A DNA stretch of 64,000 bases from Haliotis cracherodii (lineage: Eukaryota), in the NCBI RefSeq assembly GCF_022045235.1, contig NW_027266319.1, positions 8,494,001 to 8,558,000 on the forward strand, written 5' to 3'. Of this stretch, positions 36,876-49,729 are shown piece after piece. Within the stretch, counting starts at the first letter, position 1, and every line of letters starts with the position of its first letter. Made by a program: the position numbers and the translations under genes. The notes under the pieces were generated by a model. It ran no database searches and was not told the DNA's origin. It was given only the letters and a program-made list of their open reading frames with translations.

Positions 36876-39835
36876 TTAAATTCCCACCTCGGTTCTCACT
36901 CTAGACAAAGACAATAATCCTTTGTTCACAGGAATAGCATGGACATCGAGAATGGCCGAATACATTGACTCTTATAGAGAGTTACCAAATGAGCGTACCT
37001 TCTTCCACCTTTCGCAATATTCCAGCCACATGATTTGTTTTGTTTGTTTGTTTGTTGTTGCTTAACGCCGCACTCAGCAATATTCCAGCTATATGACGGC
37101 GGTCTGTAAATAATCGAGTCTGGACCAGACAATCCAGTGATTGATATCATGAGCATCAATCCACGCAATTGGGATCGATGACATGCATCCACCAAGTCAG
37201 TGAGCCTAACCACCCGACCCCGTTAGTTGCCGCTCACGACAAGCATAGTCGCCTTTTACGGCAAGCATGGGTTGCTGAAGACCTATTCTACCCTGTCCAG
37301 TCACATGAAGGCGGTCACGACATGGGCTTCACACCTCGCACCTACGTTAGGAATCAAACTCGAGTCTCCGGCCAGGTGAGCGAACTCTTGCCTACTTGGC
37401 TGACCCCATCGTCCCTTACACTCAAATAAACACTTCTTGTACACAGCTGAAGCGTTCACCACGTCAGGTAGCACCCTGTCCGGGATCTATATACTTGGCA
37501 AAAACAAACTAATTCTCTTTGTTAAACATCACGTTAATATGAGCACAGATGCTTTGAAGTATTGTTTAAGCTGTCGCAGTGAAGACCTGGGTCTGAGCTG
37601 TTACACATAAGCACACCAATCACTAAACACGGACCACTCCGACCTATCAGGGTCGACTTCGTCAATACATTGGTTTTTCTCTCAGGTCATACAGTTCTCG
37701 GCTATGGCTGTAACGAAGAGGTTCAACCACGGTACCAGCCATACAGGGGTCTCTCCCACCCATGCCAGAGCAATTCTTTTAAAAAATATTCGCCGTCTTT
37801 CTCATCTCCAGCTGCCTATACTCATCCTATTCTCAAGTCTGAGACTCGTGAAGATCCGGGGTTGAATATGTCTTCAGCAACCAATGCTTGCCGTAAAAGG
37901 CGACTATGCTTGTCTTAAGAGGCATAACCTCTTAACCTTAGACAGGATAACCAATATATTTAGAAACTCGTTTGTCTTTTTTTACCAAAGCGTCTTTGAT
38001 AACATTGATAGAAGATAACTGTATATATGCAGAATTATGTTTATTGACAGCAGTTATGTTGTAGACATATATTATCAATGTCACATTTGCAAATAAACAT
38101 TAATGTCAATTCAAAGATTTAGCAATGCAGAAAACACATGAGGCTAGTAACAATGGCCAAACTATTTGTTCTGTGTCCGTGGTGGGTGTGCGTCAGGTCT
38201 TCGTTCACAGACACAAAAGCATGTATCAGGGTGAAGATATTATACGAGATAAAACAATGCCAAAACACTAGGTCCAAGAGGGGATCAGTGTCTGCCCCCA
38301 ATATTGACAATAGCCCTTTAGAGCGGAGTAATCCTCGACACAGAGCATTTGATCAAGCCATGCATACTGACTATATGCGTGTCACGAACAGAGGGATTTG
38401 TCAACATCTTATTGCGATACAAATTAGTTTTACGGTTATACAATGCTTTCAACTACCGTAATGTATGTGGCTTCACGCCCAGGAAAAACTCATCGCTCTG
38501 TTACTTCATCTGATCGAGTTGGGTGAGTGAGTGAGTGAGTGTGTGAGTGAGGTTTGGATTGGTGGGTGAGCGAGTGAATGGTTGGGTGGTTGGGTTGGTG
38601 GGTGGTTGGGTTGAGTTGAGTGAGTGAGTGGGCCTGGTGCACTATTGGTGTGAGTGAGTGAGTGAGTGAGTGAGTGAGTGAGTGTGTGAGTGAGTGGCTA
38701 CGTGGACTGATTGGTGGTTGAGTTTGGGTGAATTAGTGAGTGCGTGAGGTGGGTTTATCGCCTCCTTACAAATTTGAGCTCCCGATCATCGAATCCTGGC
38801 ACCCGTAACGGACGCAACTCTGCACAATTGCATTGGTGCACCATAGTGTGAGTGAGTGAGTGATTGAGTGAGTGGGTGGGTGGGTGGGTGGGTGAGTGAG
38901 TGAGTGAGTGAGTGAGTGAGTGAGCTCCCGATCATCGAATCCTGGCACCCGTAACGGACGCAACTCTGCAGAAGGAGGTCCTTAGACAAACTATACGTAT
39001 ATCTGAATGAAGGCGATCGTAAGGAATCATGAAGACAATGCTACAAGTGACATGTTTGAATATTAATTAATCATCCCCCAATAATATACACAATCGTAAC
39101 AAAGATGGGGGTTCGTTCACTCTGAGACCAGCACTTTCATTGTGTTTGAGATACCCGCTTTGTAAATAGCCGGGCGCTTATTCTTCAATTATGATTTATT
39201 TGATTATTATTATTCAACTCTGTTTTCTCGAACTATTACACATTACATACCTCGATGCCAATTTAAGTTCATCTCAATCGTAACGCCTCGCAACGCCGTT
39301 ATCTCAATGTCCCCCTTTGGTAATATGAACTTCGAGATATCAGGAGGCCCATGCATGTATATTCCTGCATTTCCAATGAAGCCTCAAGTTTAAGTTCTTT
39401 AATTCGATGTTACGTTTACCTCGGCGTTACGGTCCCGGTACAATCCTTATCGGTTCGCTTGTCTCGAACTACGGGTAACTCGATATATGTCCGATGTACC
39501 GAGGGTATCAGATAAACGACATTCTACGGTAAATATTTCACGTACATATCAACGCTAACACAATCAGAAGCATGGGCACATTCAAATCCAAATATTTTTC
39601 CATATCTCACTCATATCTAATTGATCTCGTGTCCTCAAAATCTACCTGCCGAGATTAGGCTAATACGATTTACCTGTACACACCTGAAGCGTTCACCACG
39701 TCAGGTAGCACCCTGTCTACCTGGCTTAGTGTCTATTACGGTTCGTGACCAGGTACAATGAGCGCTACACACAAAGTCGTAGGCTGAATATTGTACAGCT
39801 CGCAAACTACCACGGGGAGCAAATATGGCGAAGAC

Positions 39836-40006
39836 ATGTCCGTGGGTGGGATGAAAGAAGTGGGGAGGATAGAGGGAAGGAAGAAGGGGAGCAGGAGACG
39901 AATACCTGGGCCTTCTGTTGCCCCTGTGTTGAGGGAGTATGATCACGAACACTTGTTGCAATGCGCTGAGGAGATTCTAGGACTGCGCCATGAGGTGTCG
40001 GAGAAG
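39836..40006 (+). CDS. Candidate alternative first coding exon of the host gene (MSVGGMKEVGR...RHEVSEK), phase 0
   Basis: 57 codons from ATG to AAG|GTAGGC; phase matches exon 49143; preceded by a dense CAGGTR motif cluster. Confidence 0.45.
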
Positions 40007-40777
40007 GTAGGCGAGGTGGTGGTACGAGTCCTGGGTAGTGTGGGGAAACCATGGGATCAAGTATATATTTATTAAGTATAACGAGCAATGAATGTAAACA
40101 AGGCAGGGCTGGTTATGCCATGAAGATTCAGTTACTATGTATTTAGTGCTGGTATTCTTTATTTATTTGAAAAAATAAAATTGATTTCTTTCACGAGCGG
40201 AATGGCACTTTATGATCCGTGAAGATCCGGTTAGAATAGGCAGCAATCGATGCTTGCTGTAAGAGGTGACTATGCTTGTCGTTAGAGGCAAATAACGGGA
40301 TCGGGTGGTAAGGCTCGCTGACTTGCTTGGTGCATGTCATTGTATCCCAATTTCGTGGATCGATGCTCATGATATCAATCACTGGATTTATGGTCCAGAC
40401 CCGATTACAGACCACCGTCGTATAGATGAGTGCGGCGTTAGACAACAAACAAACAAAACATGAAGTCTGTATCATTGACACTGGGGTTTTCAGAGTAAGA
40501 TCGTTATGAAAATAGACAATGAAGATAACGTCGGGGTTTTTCTGTCAAATAACCTGTCCCGTCAAAGCTGATATTTTCACTCGTGGTTGCGACAATCACC
40601 AAAATATCACTTTTCTGAGGAGTACGGGGGGCCAAGCGACTGTGCAGAGTTGCGTCCCTTGGGGACGTCAGAAACATATAATCGCGGGTTCGAATCCCGA
40701 TTCGTCCCTATTTTGTTTCTAGATTTGTTAGCACCATACCTGTGCCCCTGGGCGTCACCAAAGTTATAAACGTCTAA

Positions 40778-41387
40778 TACCCCGTTCACATGCACAACAT
40801 TTACTGACGTAAGTAATTTCACACATGTGTAACTATACATACGTGTGTATATGTAAATTTACTCTGCGTTCACATGAAAAGCATCTTAGGTGTGTAAATA
40901 AAGTATGTAAATTGTGTAAGGCACACATATTCGTCAGTCTGTTTACGACTTTCAACACAAAACAGGTCGTATTACAATCAAAGTTAAATGAGAAGAGCGT
41001 TACTTGATCGAAGATTTTCGCGCGAAGCAACATGTGTTTGATAAAATTTGAACACACACTTTTGACTTCTTGAAACCAAATGAAAACACCGTCCGCTCAA
41101 CTCTGTATATACGCATAAAAGTGACAATTTGTTTGGTGTTGGCAAAGAACTGATATTAGTTAGCTCGTCCTCTTACGTTGACATAAACGTTCACATTGCA
41201 ACATCTACACACAGTGCAAATTTACATTTACATTTGCACCTGCACCAGACATGATGTAAATTTTCTCCTGGTGTAAATATACACACATGAGTAAACGCGT
41301 TCACATGACAAGTATACTCACGTATGTATTTCTACACATGTATGCACATATGCACACATATGTATAGAGGCGCATGTGAACGGGGTA
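40778..41387. mobile_element. 610-bp MITE, PIF/Harbinger (Tourist-like), TAA TSD
   Basis: 16-bp perfect TIR TACCCCGTTCACATGC; TAA at 40775 and 41388; interrupts a family L SINE at CGTC-TAA-GAC. Confidence 0.9.
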
Positions 41388-42686
41388 TAAGACTTGCATC
41401 ACTTCGGGTTTTCCTCCCACATTACACGCCCTGATTTAACTGGAATATTCTTCAGAGCGGCGTTTAACCCAACTCACTCAGTCAATCGATTTTGTGATCA
41501 GTTCGCTTCGGGTTTTCCTCCCACTGTCATTGACATTTTATTGTACAGGGAAAGACAAAATATGGTTATTCAGATAAACAGATACGTTAGTATTAGCATA
41601 CGTTAAGATCTCGAATATGTCACTTCAGGAAAGATTTTATGAATATATTATATGTTCAATGAATATGACCTTCGTTTAATACATGCCCTTGGCAAAGTTA
41701 AGAACATAAACCTTGTTATACTGTCACCATATTACAGTGTATAGAATATGAAGAGATTTCTTTTATGACGAGGGGTTATATTAACGCTATGGCTGTATAT
41801 CTGTGAGGTTCTGACGAATATTGACATCGAACGTAACAGTACACCAAACTACCGTTATATTGTAAACAAGGCTTCCGATCCACAATCAATAGTTACCTAA
41901 CACATGAATTTGTGCATAAATTATTGGGCAAGCGTTTAAATAACAGTACTAGGTTTATTTGTTACCGCTATAAGGGGCGGTCGGGTAGCATAGTGGTTAA
42001 AGCGTTCGCTCGTCACGCCGAAGACCCGGATTTCCAATGATCCATTCTTATAATTTTCACTTCTATTTTGCATGTTACAGCCAATGAAATCTGTTTTTTA
42101 TTGACCCATTCATATGCTTTTCACAGCTATTTGCCCTTTACGCTTTGTGGAATCTGTCTCGGCAGAAAATCTAGACTGGTTATTCTCTTGCATTGACAAT
42201 TTATATTTACGTTATTCATAGAGTTATCAGTAAGCGAAGCTAGATAAGCGTACAGTTTACAGTATTTATTGGTCAGTGTGTCAAAAATACTAATCATAAA
42301 TGACGATGACACTTTTGGCAACTCACACTTCTGTGGACAGGAAGTGACGTGATGGATGTTCTGAGTTGTTTCTCCAGATAAGTTTGTGTTTTATTGTATC
42401 AGCATCCGTCAGGAGAGATACGTTTGAAGCAAGAAATACGCGAATGTAATACCCAACATTACATCGATGTGCCACATTACCCAGCTGACAGTATATCATT
42501 AGGAAGCGCAATGGACAAAGACTCTATATTGAATCTCACTCTCGTGTATCTATCGACAAGAATAACTTCTTTCAGAGGGGTTTAGAAGTTGGAGTACTAA
42601 GTAAGGATACGGTTTATGGATGAACAACTTCATCATATCACTTGCTTGATAACGGTGTTATCAGTCTTTGGTATCTCTTCGAAACT

Positions 42687-43016
42687 AGACCGCCTCCGTG
42701 GTCTAGTGGTAGAGCGTCCGCCGGGAGAGCGGAAGGCCCGGGGTTCGATCCTCGGCTGCGTCATACCAAAAGACGTTAAAAGATTGTACTTGTTGTTACC
42801 CTGTCTTGCGCTCGGCATTAAGGGGCTAAAACAAGGACTGGTCGACTCGGAGTCAGTATACTGTGTCTGAGTGGGGTATTCATGTTAAACTGTGGCATGG
42901 TATCTCAGTGTGCTAGCACTATAAATCGGCATCAATCCGGACTAGTACAAGCAGCCTCACAGACACGCGCTATATAAGTGCAATAATCTTGGACGCGACG
43001 TTAAACCCTTTGTCAC
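42687..43016 (+). mobile_element. Full-length family M SINE with perfect 12-bp TSD
   Basis: CTCTTCGAAACT at 42675 and 43017. Confidence 0.93.
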
Positions 43017-43609
43017 CTCTTCGAAACTGATTCAGTTGGGCGTGAAAGGCAAAATAGTGGTGACAATTATTTGAATGGATTACTTGAAATTACTGATGAC
43101 ACTTACGTCAAAATGATGTCTATGTTGTTTTTGTTGTTTTGTTTTTTTGTGTGTTTTTTTGGGGGGGGTCTGAAGACTACATGCATTTGGTAAATGTATT
43201 TCTCGCGCGTCATAAATATTATGACAATCTGACGTCTTAATCTAGCAGGCTAAAATGCATTATTTAAGATTTTCTCTACTCCCTGGGGAGGTTACACCGG
43301 AACAAGTCATGCATTATGTGATAGATATCCGTTGTACCGTTAGATTCACGTCAGCAATCATCTTAATGGGCAGATCGAGTGCTGATTGGGAACTGTTATC
43401 TCGACGCGTAGATAAATGTTTATGATATATGTACTGACACACATACATAATATAACTGGGAACCGACATCGACCTTCTCCTATCTGTACGCTTTTGATGG
43501 TCATTTTTGTCATTGTAATTTCATATTGTACTCCATGGAAAATATAAGTGTCTCTTCTAGACCCAAAAGTATATAGATATTTATAAGAAATGAAAGCGTC
43601 CCCTTCCCA

Positions 43610-44520
43610 TCTCGAGCAGCCTATACTAACCCCACCCCCTTCAACTGTAACTGCCCATACTCATCCCTTCCCGATCTTTCGCAGCCAATATTCACCTCCT
43701 TGTCAACTCTAGCAGCCCATACTCACCCCTCATCAGCTCTAGCAGCCCATACTCACCCACCCCCTTCAAATCTAGCAGCCCATACTCTCCCCCTTCCCAT
43801 CTCCAGCCTATACCCACCTTCTCATCAGCTCTAGCAGCCTATACTCACCCAACCCCCTTTCAGCTCTAGCAGCCCATACTCACCCTCTCTTCAGCTCTAG
43901 CAGCCTATACTCACCCTCTCTTCAGCTCTAGCAGCCCATACTTACCCTCTCTTCAGCTCTAGCAGCCTATACTCACCCTCTCTTCAGCTCTAGCAGCCCA
44001 TACTCACCCTCTCTTCCGCTCTAGCAGCCCATACTCACCTCTCATCAGCTCTAGCAGCCCATACGCACCCACCCCCTTCAAATCTAGCAGCCTATACTCA
44101 CCCTCTCTTCAGCTCTAGCAGCCCATACTTACCCTCTCTTCAGCTCTAGCAGCCTATACTCACCCTCTCTTCAGCTCTAGCAGCCCATACTCACCCTCTC
44201 TTCCGCTCTAGCAGCCCATACTCACCTCTCATCAGCTCTAGCAGCCCATACGCACCCACCCCCTTCAAATCTAGCAGCCTATACTCACCCTCTCTTCAGC
44301 TCTAGCAGCCCATACTTACCCTCTCTTCAGCTCTAGCAGCCTATACTCACCCTCTCTTCAGCTCTAGCAGCCCATACTCACCCTCTCTTCCGCTCTAGCA
44401 GCCCATACTCACCTCTCATCACCCACCCCTTCAAATCTAGCAGCCCATACTCACCATCTCTTCAGCTCTAGCAGCCCATACTCACCCTCTCCTAAGCTCT
44501 AGCAGCCCATACTCATCCCC
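43610..44520. repeat. ~31-bp C-rich minisatellite with ~187-bp higher-order period
   Basis: Unit CAGCTCTAGCAGCCCATACTCACCCTCTCTT; marker variant ATACGCACCCACCCCCTTCAAA at 44061 and 44248. Confidence 0.93.
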
Positions 44521-44559
44521 TTCTCAATTCCAACATCCCAAACTATATCTTTTTTTAAC

Positions 44560-45350
44560 TCTAGGGAAAGAGACTCATCCCAGGATATGTATTCCTTAAT
44601 CTTAAACAGAAACTCAAACTCTAGACCAAACACAGACATAACATTCTATACCAATATACAAAACGATCGGATCAAGGGAAACAGGTGGAGCTGTGTTGGA
44701 CCCCGTCTCACATAGACATTCATGGAAATGTGAAGGCAGAAACACTGGCGAAGCTAGCTGTAGACAAAGCGGAATTACAACATAAACCCTTCAGCAAACT
44801 AGAGAAAAAGCAAAATCAAAGTATTCATAGCCCAAAAATGACAAGTCCAAAAGGAGATGGCTATAAAACATCAACCCCATATCCACACACAAAAAACATA
44901 CTCCTGTGAAAGGAATGTTGAACAGCAATCTCTAGCCACAGACTCCGTCACAAAAAAGCCCAATGATAAGGTATGCCCATCTTGCAATCAGCCGGAATCC
45001 GTTGCTCACGTGTTACTGGAATGTCAAGACAATGCTCAAGACAGGACTCAGTAAAATTGCAGTTAGATCCACTGAAGGCCAAACTAACTCTTGTTCTGAA
45101 AGATGGTCAGCTACTCGAACGTATTAAACAGAGCAGCCAAATTTTCTATCAATTTCTAAAAGTAAAAAAAAATAAATCATATCAATACGAAAATTTAAAT
45201 CTTATCAATACCAAAACAGAAATCTGATCAATACTTTAATCACAATAGACATGTGTACCCTACTCACACACATGAGTCTTAAAGAGGGACAGGTCAGCCG
45301 AAATTGCTGAGGCACGAGGCGACCTCTTTAACACTTAAATCAACAACAAT
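44560..45350 (+). mobile_element. Degraded 3' end of an I/Nimb-like LINE (RNase H and CCHC remnants)
   Basis: WTPSHIDIHGNVKAETLAK (RNase H C-terminal motif) at ~44697; CPSC-x8-H-x4-C at ~44974 in another frame; ends in CAACAACAA. Confidence 0.75.
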
Positions 45351-45351
45351 G

Positions 45352-46755
45352 ATTTTATTTCGGTAACTATATGCTAGTCTTGAAAAATGTGTAAACGAAG
45401 GGAATATTTATTAAGTATTTATTAAGTATGTCCATAATTTCATGTCGGTAGCTATATGTTATTCTAGGAAAATGTGTGAAAGAGGAATATGTATTATTTA
45501 AACCTGCCCATAACGTTATTTCGGTAACTATATGCTAGTCTTGAAAAATGTGTAAACGAAGGGAATATTTATTAAGTATTTATTAAGTATGTCCATAACT
45601 TCATGTCGGTAGCTATATGTTATTCTAGGAAAATATGCGAAAGAGGAATATTATATTATCAAAACTTGTCCATAACGTTATTTCGGTACCTATATGCTAG
45701 TCTTGACAAATGTGTAAAAGAGGAATATATATTATTAAAACTTGTCCATAACGTTATTTCGGTAACTATATGTTAGTCTTGAAAAATGTGTAAACGAAGG
45801 GAATATTTATTAAGTATTTATTAAGTATGTCCATAACTTCATGTCGGTAGCTATATGTTATTCTAGGAAAATATGCGAAAGAGGAATATTATATTATCAA
45901 AACTTGTCCATAACGTTATTTCGGTAACTATATGCTAGTCTTGAAAAATGTGTAAACGAAGGGAATATTTATTAAGTATTTATTAAGTATGTCCATAACT
46001 TCATGTCGGTAGCTATATGTTATTCTAGGAAAATATGCGAAAGAGGAATATTATATTATCAAAACTTGTCCATAACGTTATTTCGGTACCTATATGCTAG
46101 TCTTGAAAAATGTGTAAAAGAGGAATATATATTATTAAAACTTGTCCATAACGTTATTTCGGTAACTATATGTTAGTCTTGAAAAATGTGTAAACGAAGG
46201 GAATATTTATTAAGTATTTATTAAGTATGTTCATAACTTCATGTCGGTAGCTATATGTTATTCTAGGAAAATATGCGAAAGAGGAATATTATATTATCAA
46301 AACTTGTCCATAACGTTATTTCGGTACCTATATGCTAATCTTGAAAAATGTGTAAAAGAGGAATATATATTATTAAAACTTGTCCATAACGTTATTTCGG
46401 TAACTATATGTTAGTCTTGAAAAATGTGTAAACGAAGGGAATATTTATTAAGTATTTATTAAGTATGTCCATAACTTCATGTCGGTAGCTATATGTTATT
46501 CTAGGAAAATATGCGAAAGAGGAATATTATATTATCAAAACTTGTCCATAACGTTATTTCGGTACCTATATGGTAGTCTTGAAAAATGTGTAAAAGAGGA
46601 ATATATATTATTAAAACTTGTCCATAACGTTATTTCGGTAACTATATGTTAGTCTTGAAAAATGTGTAAAAGAGGAATATTTATCACTGAAGTTTGTCCA
46701 TAACTTCATTTCGGTAATTTTATGTTAGCCTTGGAAACCGTGTAAAACAGGAAGT
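45352..46755. repeat. AT-rich satellite of ~76-85-bp monomers in 238-bp (ABC) and 162-bp (AB) higher-order units
   Basis: GGTACC marker at 45685, 46085, 46323 and 46561 (spacings 400, 238, 238). Confidence 0.93.
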
Positions 46756-48812
46756 ATCGTGATTCATTGTTAAAAATCCTTTCCTTGGTCTTAGATTGAT
46801 TAACAAAGAACATGGAAACAGTAGTCCCCTAGGCTTACAACATGGATTTGCGACAGGTAATCAGTTATGTGAGTATAGAGTGGGTGTTGCTATCTATTAC
46901 CCATTATTAGACGGGAAATGCAGAAAGTTTCAACACAGGCTTGACGCCACTATCCCTTTGATTTACTTCGCAATCAGTCACAAGCTGACAGTATACAAGA
47001 GCAGGTCTACACGGCCGAGATAATGTGTTTACTGATTAAAATAGAAACCTATTGTTCTGTTTTGCATGTATGTTTAATAATGGATCATGTAATGATGGTT
47101 AAACAAGGAGTTAAAATGTAAAAATGGTGATTAATATTTTTTCATGTTTCAGAAAAAAGATGGATATCAATAAATTACGCCGTGTGTTTGTGATGTTGTC
47201 GAATAAGCTGCTTTTCATTGGGTACATTGGATCGATACATAACGTATACTGTTCTTCTGGCTTTAGCTATGTCGCTACGTAGCTGGACATTGCTGATGTA
47301 AACTCACTCAATTACTCATTATAGTCATACCATATCCTTATTCCTTTCCATATATATTTTTTCTCAATTGTTTAAATTCAATTTAATTAAACTCAAGTGG
47401 TTTTATATTAGTTTATTCACTAAGAATCAAAATTTCTACACATGCACACACACATATACACACATACGCACGCACACGCACGCACATACGCACCAGCATA
47501 CAAACGCATACGCACACACGCACATCCCAACTATTGATTCAAGTCATTCAAACACCACTTTGTCAACTCAAATGATGAATACTAACCTATCCGTTAACGT
47601 TTACAATAATTACCTAGACACAATGTCTCGATTTCATTCATAGTACTAATTATAACGTCTCAACCTGGCCTAAAAATCGCATTATACGATTGAGTTAAAC
47701 ACCTATTGTACAACTATTCTGTCGCACAGTCCCTAAACCATATTATTTTTTCCCCCGACCGCCCCTTATGGAATGCTATAGCCCCAAATGAAGCAAGTCT
47801 AGATTTTCCACAGGTCTCCCAACTCACTGGGGCTCCTTTTCAATTTAAATGTATTTCCTTGCTTCTATCAAAATTATATATTTCTGGAGACTAAGCGTTA
47901 GTCTGAACATCCCATCTCACTCGGGCTCCTTTTCAATTTAATCAAATCAAAATTATATATTTTCAAGGGCTAAGTGTCTACTATACAACTCATAACCTAT
48001 GCCGTTACAACGTTGTGACAGACTCAGTGGGTGTAGATTCTTAGTAACCCAATCAAGGGAAACGTGTGTTATCGCTCATATCATTGTTCTCGTGTATACC
48101 CCATTTCGCGGTAGGAAACCGCAGACAATGGACCCCTGGATAGGAAGGATATATGACGCTATAGCGGTCATCTACTCGTGTACTATTACCCAGCAGACAA
48201 ATCAAGAACATGCATAATCTTTGTCATTTAGAGGGACAAGCGTAGATGGAACTGTACGGCTGGTGGTTAGGTATGCGATTTGACGCCCATGTTGGTGCGA
48301 TCGAAGATTAGGCTCTATATCGGGTGATAGGTCATAGATTTGCTTCCAGATTGCGAATGAATAAAAGCAATCAGTGTGGAGTGTATACAGACCATGTCGT
48401 ACTATTTGTACGAGATTCTAGATCTTTATGAAACTCTGCTTACGTATAATTAAGATCTATCAAACCAGCAAATACCAACTGCCATGCCAAAGAAAGTATG
48501 CACCCATTTTTATGGTGGCTAAAATGAAACAAACAGGAGTTATTCGATGGTGATTTATTTAATAGGTGTGTCATAGTTGTGTTTTGGTCTACAAGTTTGC
48601 AGCGTTTCGGTGACTGTTTTCAGCTTTGAATAACGTTTGTAATGTTTTGGTCAAATACAGTGTTCAAGTGTTTACTTTCTTTTGCCCGGTAGTTTATGTG
48701 AGTGTTTTATATCTTCCCTGATTTACCTGGCTCCGTCGTCTAAGGAATTCGGTATTGCGTGCAAGAATCGTAAACGTAACGTAAACCTGTCGGCAAGGCC
48801 CTTAGACAGTGT

Positions 48813-49058
48813 CTGGTGGTAACAAGTAGATCCCAGATATCTAGCGCCTGGTGGTAACAAGTAGTCCCTAGATATTTACTGCCTGGTGGTTACAAGTAGA
48901 TCCCAGATATTTACTGCCTGGTGGTTATAAGTAGATCCCAGATATTTACTGCCTGGTGGTTACAAGTAGATCCCAGATATTTACTGCCTGGTGGTTACAA
49001 GTAGATCCCAGATATTTACTGCCTGGTGGTTACAAGTAGATCCCAGATATTTACTGCC
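48813..49058. repeat. 35-bp minisatellite (~7 copies)
   Basis: CTGGTGGTTACAAGTAGATCCCAGATATTTACTGC. Confidence 0.95.
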
Positions 49059-49142
49059 TTTTGGGAAACTGTTGAAATTGACATTCAAGCAGTGTGTAAG
49101 TCTAATGGTCTATTTTAAGTTAAGTATTTACATTTGTTTCAG

Positions 49143-49244
49143 AGTCGACAATCATCAGATGTGAGTGCCCGATATTCCGCGAAGTATCGACAGACCCCTC
49201 GCTCCGGTTCAGTAGTCAGTGCCAATTCTCCATATTTACCTCAG
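49143..49244 (+). CDS. Host gene exon 3 (SRQSSDVSARY...SPYLPQ), phase 0-0
   Basis: TTTGTTTCAG acceptor, CAG|GTAAGG donor, 102 nt open. Confidence 0.8.
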
Positions 49245-49669
49245 GTAAGGGAAGTAACCCCAAAGAAGGGAAACAACTCTCCCCCACAAAATATGTAATA
49301 TATTAATATACGCGCACGAAAAAGGTTACACAATGTTAATATTTTTGAATGTATAACATATCAGAAAAAATTGTTTGGGTAATATGAAATCGAGTTTTTA
49401 AACGCTAAGATAAATTAAATTCAAACAACATATTCTTATCTAATTCACTGTAATCTTAGAGTACAAGTACGCTCGAGAAAATCGATCTCTATGTACCGTT
49501 TCCTCTATACGAACAAACGGTAATTGAGATAAAAATAGGAAATTAACTTCTTTAGCTGAAGAGAAGAACCGTGTTCCTGTGTCACGGAACTAAATCTCAA
49601 ATTTGTTTCTTAGTCCAGGCAATTTAGTTAATATGTGTGTATCAATGTCAATGATATCCTTTGTTTCAG

Positions 49670-49729
49670 AGCACATCTGAAGAGTGCCTGAAATGCCTAC
49701 TTAGAGTCCCACACAAGAAATGCGAATCG
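49670..49729 (+). CDS. Host gene exon 4 (STSEECLKCLLRVPHKKCES), phase 0-0
   Basis: CCTTTGTTTCAG acceptor, TCG|GTATGT donor, 60 nt. Confidence 0.75.

Noticed and set aside
37441-37480. Resemblance to the recalled CPEB3 HDV-like ribozyme (ACAGC.GAAGCGTTCAC..GTC..GC.CCCTGTC)
   Set aside because: A P3/L3-like part is possible, but no G for P1.1, no P4-C-P2 3' strand and no G-started P1 could be found in either copy; treated as coincidence pending an RNArobo/Infernal test.
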